Shown piece after piece: positions 1 to 8,466 of a DNA stretch of 64,000 nucleotides (position 1 is the first letter of the stretch; each line of letters starts with the position of its first letter). Location: positions 85,701 through 149,700 of the forward strand of contig CAZPGJ010000004.1 in NCBI GenBank assembly GCA_964586515.1, read 5' to 3'. Under the pieces are notes generated by a model. That model did not search any database. It saw only the letters and a list, made by a program, of their open reading frames with translations, and had not been told where the DNA came from. The DNA comes from an uncultured Dehalococcoidales bacterium. Its GTDB lineage: Bacteria > Chloroflexota > Dehalococcoidia > GIF9 > AB-539-J10. Made by a program: the position numbers and the translations under genes.

Positions 1-502
1 TGGTGAGATAGGTCTGGACTATGACAAGAGGGTGTTGAAGGTAGCATCCAAGGAATTGCAGCAAGAGGTCCTTGGTCGGCTTCTGAATATAGCTAGGAAA
101 TATGCTAAGCCCGCGGTAATTCACAGTAGATATGCCTGGAAGGATGCACTACATCTAATTCAGGATGTCGGCATAGATAAGGCCGTTTTTCACTGGTTCA
201 CTGGCTTTTCCAGTGTTCTCAGGGACATAATTGATGGTGGCTATTTTGTTTCTGCCACGCCAGCTGCCGAGTACCATGAAGAACATAGAAGGGCCGTCAA
301 AGAAGCACCTTTGCAGAGATTACTTCTGGAGACGGATTGCCCTGTCACTTATGGCAGGACAGCATGGTATGAGTCCCAACCTGCCGATGTTTTAAGAGAC
401 TTGCGGGCTGTATCGCAACTTAAAGGAGTTGCTGAAGCTACAATTGCTGAACAGACAACGAGGAATGCCATTGATTTCTTTTCTTTAGGCATGACATTCT
501 AG
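1..502 (+). CDS. TatD-family metal-dependent hydrolase (3' part, gene starts upstream of window)
   Basis: Frame open to window start; GEIGLDY motif at positions 2-22; TatD-like C-terminus with the 'LLLETDCP' motif region. Confidence 0.75.
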   Translation, partial: GEIGLDYDKRVLKVASKELQQEVLGRLLNIARKYAKPAVIHSRYAWKDALHLIQDVGIDKAVFHWFTGFSSVLRDIIDGGYFVSATPAAEYHEEHRRAVKEAPLQRLLLETDCPVTYGRTAWYESQPADVLRDLRAVSQLKGVAEATIAEQTTRNAIDFFSLGMTF

Positions 503-624
503 GTCAGCTTGGGAAACACTTGCCATTTTCCTGGAAATCGAGTTAATATTTAGGGCAGATCTAGAGAGGGCCCCAGAAAGGCGTAAGGCTTTTTGAGGTT
601 AATTTAAGTAAGGAGGTCAAAGGC

Positions 625-951
625 ATGATACAGCCGATAACAGACGAGAGTAATTTTCAAAGCGTTGTTTTGCAATCGAAGTCGCCAGTCTTTGTGGATT
701 TCTGGGCGCAATGGTGCGGTCCTTGCTTGGCTACCGCTCCTATTATAGAGGAATTGGCGACGGAATATACTGGTAAGGTAGACTTCGCTAAAGTGGATGT
801 GGATGCGAATGGTCCTTTGGCTGCCAAGTACGGAATAGCCTCTATCCCCACCATGATTGTCTTCAAAGGTGGTCAGCCCGTTCAACAAATTATTGGTTAC
901 AGGGCTAAGAAGGAACTCAAAAAGGTATTAGACGACGTTCTTGAAGAGTAA
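625..951 (+). CDS. trxA: thioredoxin
   Basis: 108 aa, WCGPC active-site motif, GGAGG RBS upstream. Confidence 0.9.
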   Translation: MIQPITDESNFQSVVLQSKSPVFVDFWAQWCGPCLATAPIIEELATEYTGKVDFAKVDVDANGPLAAKYGIASIPTMIVFKGGQPVQQIIGYRAKKELKKVLDDVLEE

Positions 952-952
952 G

Positions 953-1453
953 TTATACGCTACCCGTAATAAAGAAATTGCGGATAAAATCAAATTCCTT
1001 GGGCAGAAGTGCTAGTAACAAAGGAAATTGACTCATCAAGAATTTGGCTATTACCGACTGACTAATAGTTGCGACTGCGCCCGGATAATACTTACCTATA
1101 ATAGCCAGCACAGCAGCACATAACAGGCCTCCTATAAAAACGCCGAGAATGAAGCCCACAAGCCTGTCCAGCCAACCAAGGGCGGCGAAGCTAAGCAGCT
1201 TGGCTACGAGGTGGCCAATCACACCCGCTACAATTAAAGTGGCTATCAAGATGATGGCATAAGCGGCTATGCTAGCCCAGACGGCACCAGCCGGAGAAAG
1301 CACTCCTGCAAGCCCGCTGTAATAACGCCCGGCTAAAACTATGCCACCTATTAACCCGGCGATGCCAAATACTGTCCTGATGATTCCTTGCCGCAAGCCC
1401 GCGATACCCAATAAAACTGTCACAACTATTATGACTATATCTAACCAATTCAT
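953..1453 (-). CDS. CvpA-family membrane protein
   Basis: 166 aa, multiple TM helices, N-terminal MNWLDIVIIVV typical of colicin V production protein family. Confidence 0.65.
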   Translation of the reverse strand: MNWLDIVIIVVTVLLGIAGLRQGIIRTVFGIAGLIGGIVLAGRYYSGLAGVLSPAGAVWASIAAYAIILIATLIVAGVIGHLVAKLLSFAALGWLDRLVGFILGVFIGGLLCAAVLAIIGKYYPGAVATISQSVIAKFLMSQFPLLLALLPKEFDFIRNFFITGSV

Positions 1454-1649
1454 TGCTCACCCCTCAATCTTCTATTTTAGCATAAGAAGACCACCTGTTT
1501 GCTCAATATCCTTTCATTCTAATTCTGCTTATACCTCCAAAAGCGTTTTCAGATAAGTAAGACAGGTCTCCGATAGCTGCTGACCGAAGGCTGATATTTA
1601 AACCAGTCGTTCGGTTATTGCGTGCCCCCTTATATTATGGTCGTTAGCT

Positions 1650-4310
1650 CTAATAAGCCTGGCTGTAAATTTGTAGAACTTCGTTTGGGTCGCTGACAGG
1701 GCGCCCGTTGAAGAGGGCAGCCGTATCGGCAATTGCGTGAAATGCGCATACTGCTAGGTTCTCTTCCGGAATGCCCACGTCGCGCAACCTCATGGGATGG
1801 CCCACTTTTTGCATCAAATCCTCCACTGCATCCGCTGCTGCCAAGGCGGCATCGTGCTCTGTCATGCTGGCAGTGTCGACTCCCAGAGCCTGTGCTACCT
1901 GAACCAGCTTGTCAACTGCATAATCCACGTTATACCGCATTACCTTGGGAAGCAATATGCCGCAGGCTACTCCATGTGAGACATGGTACATTGCCCCTAT
2001 TGTATGCGCCATGGCGTGTGCCAGAGCGACCTGAGCGATTGTGAATGCCCAACCTGCCATCGTAGCGGCTAGCTGCATGTTTAGCCGTGCTTTTTCGTTC
2101 TTACCGTCGGCTACCACCAGCGGCAGATTTTCGTTGATCAGGCGTATAGCCTGCAATGCCATACCGTCACATATCTTGTTTGCCATAGTACTGGTCATAG
2201 CCTCAACGGCATGTGTCATGGCATCCATGGCGGTACTGACTGTTAAATCCTTGGGCATAGACATGGTGAAACGTGGGTCTAGAATAGCAACATTCGGCAT
2301 AATTCGTGTGTCTACTATGTAGAGTTTGCGTGCGGCGCTCTTGCTGGTGAGTACAGCTATATTTGTCACCTCGCTACCTGTTCCTGATGTTGTCGGAATG
2401 GCAATATGTGGAGTTTGCGGTTCGGTAAGTATCAAAAAGTTCAGATGGTCATTTGCCTTGCCACCGCTCTTTAAGATTACAGAGACCCCTTTTGCAGTAT
2501 CGATAACGCTACCGCCGCCAACACTGACTAAGCAATCTGCCTTCTGCTCGCGGGCGACGGCAGTGGCAGCATCTACCGTTTCCAGGTCGGGCTCCGACGT
2601 AATATTGTCATAGATGCCCACACAGAAATCGGCAAGAGCATCCTTCACCAACTGGGCAAGCCCCGCTTCATTGACTCCTGGGTCGGTGATAATCAGGGCC
2701 CGGCAGCAGCCAAGGTCGACAATAGCCTTGCTGATTGAAGCCAGTGCCCCGTGGCCGGCTATCACGTTAGTGGGGCAATTGTATCCAAAACTATCCACTT
2801 TCTTGTAGTCCGATAGAAGCTGGAAGTGCATATTGCTCTTTGCATCGGCCATAGAGTTAACATGTATTCGCTTGACCTGGGTATATTCATGCAGGCTTTC
2901 CAGGCCGAATTCTCGGCCCACTCCAGACTGCTTGTAACCGCCAAAAGGGCAGAAATCTGAAAATATATGGTAGTTGTTTATCCACATCGTCCCCGTACGG
3001 ACGCCACGGGCCACACGCTCGGCCCTAGCCGTATTTGAAGAGAATACTCCACCTGCCAGCCCGTAAATGGAGTCATTGGCGATGGCCACCGCTTCTTCAT
3101 CACTGTCAAATCTTATGACGCAAGCAACCGGGCCGAATATCTCCTCCTGTGCGATACGCATTTTGTTGTTAACGTTGGCGAAGATAGTGGGGGCATAGTA
3201 ATATCCTCCTTCGATCCCGGGCACTGTTACACGTTTGCCGCCGGTGATAAGCTCCGCACCCTCTTCTTGCCCTAAGTTTACATAACTTTCAACTTTAGCC
3301 AGCTGCTGCTTGCTGACAAGGGGTCCTATGTGAGAGGTAGGGTTCATCTGGTATCCGATACGGAGAGATTCAATCCGCTTTTTCATCTTGTCGAGGAACT
3401 CATCATGAATCTTTGAGGCGACTAATACGCGTGTGCCCGCCGAGCATACCTCCCCTTGGTTGAAGAAGGTGCCGTAGCAGGCGCCTTCGACGGCCAGGTC
3501 CATATCCGCGTCGTCAAGTATGATATTGGCTGACTTGCCGCCGAGTTCGAGTGTCACCTTTTTTACCGTATCGGATGCCATTCTCATGATTTCACGTCCA
3601 GTTTCCGTGCTGCCGGTAAAGGCTATCTTATCCACGTCCGGGTGCCTGCACAGAACTTCGCCCAGCTCTGGCCCTGGTCCGGGTATGACATTTATCACCC
3701 CATCGGGGAAGCCAGCCGCTTTGGCGGCTTCAGCAAGGATGAGTGCGCTCAACGGGGTTACTGAAGACGGTTTCACAATAATTGTGTTCCCGGTTATCAG
3801 GGCTGGTACGATTTTCCAGAGGGCTATGTACATTGGGAAGTTCCAGGGGACAATTCCCACGCATACCCCCACCGGCTCTCTGCGGACAAGTTCACGGGCC
3901 GGAGCAAACGCATTCCCAGATACCGGCAGGTCCTCCTCCCACGGAAATCTGGTTGCCGCTGCCAAACTCAAATTGCGTATAAAAGTTATGCTGATTAGGG
4001 GCATGAGCTTGGCCAGAGATAAGACCTGGCCGGCGTTCATGGATTCAATTGTAGCCAGGCGCAGCCCCTGGCGCACTATCTGGTCCGCAAAATCCTGCAT
4101 TCTCGCCAGTCGTGCGGTTGGAGTAATATCGCTCCAGATTCCACTGTCGAAAGCCTTACGAGCCGCTGCTATAGCTGCCTCTACATCGGCTTTTCCTGCT
4201 TGCGCTACCGTGGCTATGGGTGCCTCAGTGCCGGGGTCGATTGATTCAAAGGTCTTTCCATCCGCGGCGTCGACGAATTCGCCATTGATAAAGAGTTTGT
4301 AGTGTTCCAC
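1650..4310 (-). CDS. fusion protein: NAD(P)-dependent aldehyde dehydrogenase (non-acylating ALDH family) + iron-containing alcohol dehydrogenase
   Basis: 886 aa; N-terminal ALDH motifs (VTLELGGKS, catalytic Cys in GEVCSAG, IVPWNFP); C-terminal Fe-ADH motifs (GGGSVIDTAK, His-rich metal site AHAMAH). Confidence 0.85.
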   Translation of the reverse strand: MEHYKLFINGEFVDAADGKTFESIDPGTEAPIATVAQAGKADVEAAIAAARKAFDSGIWSDITPTARLARMQDFADQIVRQGLRLATIESMNAGQVLSLAKLMPLISITFIRNLSLAAATRFPWEEDLPVSGNAFAPARELVRREPVGVCVGIVPWNFPMYIALWKIVPALITGNTIIVKPSSVTPLSALILAEAAKAAGFPDGVINVIPGPGPELGEVLCRHPDVDKIAFTGSTETGREIMRMASDTVKKVTLELGGKSANIILDDADMDLAVEGACYGTFFNQGEVCSAGTRVLVASKIHDEFLDKMKKRIESLRIGYQMNPTSHIGPLVSKQQLAKVESYVNLGQEEGAELITGGKRVTVPGIEGGYYYAPTIFANVNNKMRIAQEEIFGPVACVIRFDSDEEAVAIANDSIYGLAGGVFSSNTARAERVARGVRTGTMWINNYHIFSDFCPFGGYKQSGVGREFGLESLHEYTQVKRIHVNSMADAKSNMHFQLLSDYKKVDSFGYNCPTNVIAGHGALASISKAIVDLGCCRALIITDPGVNEAGLAQLVKDALADFCVGIYDNITSEPDLETVDAATAVAREQKADCLVSVGGGSVIDTAKGVSVILKSGGKANDHLNFLILTEPQTPHIAIPTTSGTGSEVTNIAVLTSKSAARKLYIVDTRIMPNVAILDPRFTMSMPKDLTVSTAMDAMTHAVEAMTSTMANKICDGMALQAIRLINENLPLVVADGKNEKARLNMQLAATMAGWAFTIAQVALAHAMAHTIGAMYHVSHGVACGILLPKVMRYNVDYAVDKLVQVAQALGVDTASMTEHDAALAAADAVEDLMQKVGHPMRLRDVGIPEENLAVCAFHAIADTAALFNGRPVSDPNEVLQIYSQAY

Positions 4311-4675
4311 TTGATACCTCCTTTTAATGTGTTTCCTAACGCCAACATGCTATCACATAATACCACTCCAGAACGGACTGTACAGGTTCAGCCATTCTCG
4401 GACAAATCGACGGCGGCAAACATTCTTTCTTTCTATTCGGTTTGTAGATTTACGCAGTTCTCCCATAATTCCCGATAAATGCAGTACTTGCAGCTAAAGG
4501 GGGTGAGCGGACTGTTCCCGAGCATCTATGAGGTTTTGTTCAGCAAGGTTCACGATTTCGATGTTCATCCTGGCATCGTCCTCCAAGAATTCCACATAAC
4601 GGATGAATGTATCTGGAGTCCCGGTTAAGCGAGGAACCCGAGCGAAGTGCTACAGATATGAAACCGTAGGTGCTA

Positions 4676-5581
4676 TTACAATCCATAGACTAACCTTGGT
4701 GCCAGGTATTGCGGGAATCTATCCAATAACGCCAGGCGAACAAGATAGCACATATGACAGGCATCAACATATTCATCCTCGTGTTGGACGTCATATTCTT
4801 TAACCAAACGGGCGGGCCCTCCGTTGACTAGAGGTCTACAGATTGGGTGCGAATCAGCATCGTACTGTTTTACTATCTTTGATAGCGGAACATCCCACAT
4901 ATTACCCATACTCAGCCCCTGACAAAGATGGATGTTGCCATATGCATCGAGATGCACCCTCTCGGGGTTTTTGAGGTCTTCGTAAGGACATTCTGTGAAT
5001 TCTTCCCATGGTCTCCGAGGAAGGCCTGCTATCAACTTCTCGACTGCTCTCCCTCTAAACATAACGCCACCGCCAATAACCGGTTTTCCTTTGGCCTGCT
5101 CCTTGTTAATACCCCCTTCCACCGTAGGCTTATCAATACAAATTGATTCACAGGACATACCTAACTTCCTCGCGGCATTTAAGGCATGTTTGGCAGGAGC
5201 TATTTCCTTGTCTTCATAATGAAATGCGTCATCGCTTATGCTTATGTCTGATACTCCTATATCATGAAGTGGCTTTAGCCAGAGTTCTACGTCCTCCGCT
5301 GATGTTGCCCAGTATGCGTTAGTTACTATTCCGGTTTTAAACCCCATACTACGGGCAATCCTGATGCCTTCATACATTAGAGGGTAAAATAAAAACGGTT
5401 CACCACCTTCAAAATATACCCATTCTATTGTTTCAATTTTGGCTAGTTCATTGAAGACTCTCTTCATCTGATCCAGTGTGAAGGTTCCCTTTGCCTGTGG
5501 GCTGCTATACACAAAACAATGGTCACATTCTAAATCGCATTTATAGCTCAAGAGAAAATGTATTCCAGTTACCATTCTCAC
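4676..5581 (-). CDS. radical SAM domain protein with extra C-terminal Cys cluster
   Basis: CDLECDHC (CxxxCxxC) near N-terminus, FEGGEP glycine-rich SAM motif, additional C-terminal cysteines (SPASM/twitch-like). Confidence 0.8.
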   Translation of the reverse strand: MRMVTGIHFLLSYKCDLECDHCFVYSSPQAKGTFTLDQMKRVFNELAKIETIEWVYFEGGEPFLFYPLMYEGIRIARSMGFKTGIVTNAYWATSAEDVELWLKPLHDIGVSDISISDDAFHYEDKEIAPAKHALNAARKLGMSCESICIDKPTVEGGINKEQAKGKPVIGGGVMFRGRAVEKLIAGLPRRPWEEFTECPYEDLKNPERVHLDAYGNIHLCQGLSMGNMWDVPLSKIVKQYDADSHPICRPLVNGGPARLVKEYDVQHEDEYVDACHMCYLVRLALLDRFPQYLAPRLVYGL

Positions 5582-5676
5582 TACTCCGATGAACTCAAAT
5601 ATATACTAAATTCACTTTTGCCTCTTGCCACCCGAGCCATTCGGTAGACCAGATTCCTCTTAGATTCACACCTATG

Positions 5677-6996
5677 TCACGTTTCGCCACATTCGAGCCT
5701 GTAGTCGCAGTAAGAGCACATCCACGAGGGGCATTTGGGAAGCAGCAGTGGCGATGTCGCCTTTTCCAAAAGCTCAAGCCGGCGTAATGCTTCAGCTTTA
5801 ACAGCATTCAAATTCCTGAAGTTTACATCGTAGACCATCAGCTTGGCATCTTCTTTGGGAACTCTAACATAGTAGAGCAACAGCCTGCCTTTTGTGTTCT
5901 CTGTCAAGGCACAGTCGAATCCCAGGCGGAGGAAGTAATGAGAGAATGTACTGGGCAAGCGTTCCCTTTCCACTAGTGAAGAAAATTTTGGGCCGCGCAG
6001 GATGGTGGGCAGGTTCTGCCAGATTTGGACCAGGTCGGCCAGTGGTGTATGCTTCACGGGAATCCTCTGCGCTTCGCCCGGGGCACCGTAGCGTAATGAA
6101 TCACGGAGTGCATCAATAAAGCCACGCTCATCCATGGAACGAAGATACTCTTCCTTCTCTTCCCGGACTCCTTCACTCAACTTAAGGCGCTCAAAATATG
6201 CTTTGCGGGGGAAGACAATATCGTTGATGCCAAACACTTGGGATGGTTGAGCCCCAGCCATTTTGCTGAGGAGTTGCTCGCAAGTTGTGCTATCGACATA
6301 AATTTCCCCGGCTAAATCAGCTATCTCATGCGATGCCGGCACTGACGTGGTTGCGCAGTCGCATACCTGCGAGTAATCACACTGCCTGTTGAACCAGGGG
6401 CAAACGGGAAGATTGCTGGGGTCGTTGGAAATTAGCGCTTGCACCAGGAGGTCTCGTCTCCGCCGCATTTCCTCTCGAATTGCTTCCAGGTCCGGGAAGG
6501 TAACGTGGTAGACAACCAGGGGAGACGGTGATTCCTCCGCGGGGCGCTGATAGATGATGATTTCTCCCTCGTGGACATTGACCATAGCACAGTACATACC
6601 CAATTGCTCGATATAAGTTGGCCTGTATTGCAATAAGTCCTTCGTGTCTATAGGTGTAGAGGTGGTCTTGACCTCTACGGGAATCTTTTCGTAGATATCA
6701 ATCTTGCCCACAATGCCCTCGGCTTCTACAAATTGCTCCAGGTATTCTTCGCTGGATACGGCTGAGCCGAAGGTCTTGTGAAAGCCGGTGCCGGCCCACA
6801 TAAGCTGCTGTTTCTCCAGAGGCGGAACGATTTCAGGATACTTTCTCCTGAAGTAAGCCTGTTTGAGGTTAAGCAAGTCGGTTACCGAGATGCGATAGGG
6901 AGGTCGGCGTGTCTTTAAGCTTTGCATTAAGGCATCCTTGACGGAGCGGTTCGCCTCAATGTGGGAAACATAAGATGCGATGTCAAAGTCACCCAT
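5677..6996 (-). CDS. tandem Cas4/RecB-like PD-(D/E)xK nuclease-domain protein with two C-terminal Cys4 clusters
   Basis: 439 aa; first half has GKIDIYEK...PVEVKTT (D..ExK) and ends LPVCPWFNRQCDYSQVCDC; second half ends LPKCPSWMCSYCDYRLEC, i.e. an internal duplication of a Cas4-like Fe-S nuclease module. Confidence 0.5.
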   Translation of the reverse strand: MGDFDIASYVSHIEANRSVKDALMQSLKTRRPPYRISVTDLLNLKQAYFRRKYPEIVPPLEKQQLMWAGTGFHKTFGSAVSSEEYLEQFVEAEGIVGKIDIYEKIPVEVKTTSTPIDTKDLLQYRPTYIEQLGMYCAMVNVHEGEIIIYQRPAEESPSPLVVYHVTFPDLEAIREEMRRRRDLLVQALISNDPSNLPVCPWFNRQCDYSQVCDCATTSVPASHEIADLAGEIYVDSTTCEQLLSKMAGAQPSQVFGINDIVFPRKAYFERLKLSEGVREEKEEYLRSMDERGFIDALRDSLRYGAPGEAQRIPVKHTPLADLVQIWQNLPTILRGPKFSSLVERERLPSTFSHYFLRLGFDCALTENTKGRLLLYYVRVPKEDAKLMVYDVNFRNLNAVKAEALRRLELLEKATSPLLLPKCPSWMCSYCDYRLECGET

Positions 6997-7119
6997 TGTT
7001 GTACCTTATTATTGTATCTTGTCGCAAAAATAACTTCATTATGTCACTGCGAGCTAAAGTCCCTTTCCTTGATTGGTAGAGGGGAAAAAGCTCGCCAACT
7101 CCTGTCCCTGAACCCCCCT

Positions 7120-7215
7120 GTCATTGCGAGGCCCGATTTATCGGGCCGAAGCAATCTCCTCTCCCTTGACGGGAGAGGATTAAGGTGAGGGTGATAGGCG
7201 AAGCAATCTCAATTC
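7120..7215. repeat. palindromic intergenic repeat of the GTCATTGCGAG/GAAGCAATCTC family with two hairpins
   Basis: gtcattgcgagg, cccgatttatcggg hairpin, cgaagcaatctc twice, cctctccc/gggagagg hairpin. Confidence 0.7.
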
Positions 7216-8299
7216 ACCTCCACGCCCTCAGTCGCCTGAAGGCTTCGAGTTTCTCCTTATCTCCGATTTTGGCTTTCTCCACCGCCTGGGCCAGAAACTG
7301 GATGCTGCTATCGTAGGTCTTCCTGTCCACAGGATAAGGATAGCCGTCTTTGCCGCCATGGGCAAAACTGTAGCTGGCCGGGTCGCGCAGGCTAACAGGA
7401 GTATCGTAGACCAGCTCTGAAATAAGACTCAGGGCGCGGAGCGTTTTAGGTCCTATACCCTCCAGGGCTAGCAGTGATTCAAAGTTCTGCGGCTTATGTT
7501 CATAAGCTGTGAGGAAAATCTTGCCCAGCCGGTCGGGGTGAATATCTTCCAGGCTGATATAAGATCGCTGGGGCAAGTTCAAGGTCTTCAGCCTCTTTAG
7601 CTGACCGACAATTTTATTTGGCTTGTCTTCGGCAGCAACCTGGGCAATGACCTCCCTCACCTTTGCGCTCTCTAAAGCCACCAGATTTAATGCTTCGCCC
7701 CTGGCCTGGGAGCAGATAGCCGCCTCGGGCTCGCAAACAAAATCGCTGACTTTCTCCCCCAGCCAGTGATAGCGCCGCGCATAGCGGTTAACCTCGTTCA
7801 TACCTTGCTGAATGACTGCCCAGGAGCCGTCTCTGGTGAAGAAGAAACTGTGGTGGTAGAGCTGGTAGCCGTCCTGAAGTGCGGAATTATCCACCTTGGC
7901 CGACATCCGGCTGGCATAGACCAGAGACGACGGATTGACCTTCAGCAGGTGCCCGCTGTTTTCTATCTCGGCAGGAGTTTTCCGTGAAGTCCTGCCCTTG
8001 CCACCGGCCACGAACAAGCCCAGCTCTCTTTCCAGTCCTCTCATTCCTTCTTTTATGGCGCCGCACACGGTAGTGGTAACGCCGCTGGAATGCCAGTCAT
8101 AGCCCAGGACACAGCCGAAAGCCTGGAACCAGAAAGGGTCGGAGAGGCGGTGCAGCATCTCCCCGGTGCCAAACTCCGTTACCGTAACAACGGTAATCTC
8201 CCGGGCAAGCTGGGACATCCGCCCGAACAACCACGGCGGCACCTTACCGTAATGCAAGGGTAAATTGGCGATCCCTGTCCTCTGTCCCGAGCTAGGCAT
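7214..8299 (-). CDS. DUF763-like protein with helix-hairpin-helix motif
   Basis: 361 aa; GIGPKTLRAL HhH-like motif; recollection of the DUF763 family, not verifiable without a search. Confidence 0.4.
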   Translation of the reverse strand: MPSSGQRTGIANLPLHYGKVPPWLFGRMSQLAREITVVTVTEFGTGEMLHRLSDPFWFQAFGCVLGYDWHSSGVTTTVCGAIKEGMRGLERELGLFVAGGKGRTSRKTPAEIENSGHLLKVNPSSLVYASRMSAKVDNSALQDGYQLYHHSFFFTRDGSWAVIQQGMNEVNRYARRYHWLGEKVSDFVCEPEAAICSQARGEALNLVALESAKVREVIAQVAAEDKPNKIVGQLKRLKTLNLPQRSYISLEDIHPDRLGKIFLTAYEHKPQNFESLLALEGIGPKTLRALSLISELVYDTPVSLRDPASYSFAHGGKDGYPYPVDRKTYDSSIQFLAQAVEKAKIGDKEKLEAFRRLRAWR

Positions 8300-8466
8300 C
8301 TCCTGCTCTAGGTATATTATACAACAGCGTTTGTCCCAATAGCAGCGGTCTTTTGATATTGAAGGCTGTGCGCATTAGTCGTCGTATGGACTGCTGACCC
8401 AAAAACGAATTTCGTATATACTAAGTTATATGAAATGGCGGTTTTTCAAAAACGGGGTAATTCATA

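Noticed and set aside
3520-4302. 260-aa ORF on the + strand
   Set aside because: It lies entirely antisense within the ALDH-FeADH gene. Its composition is low-complexity (Ser/Ala/Pro-rich) with no motifs, so it is an artefact of the GC-rich opposite strand.
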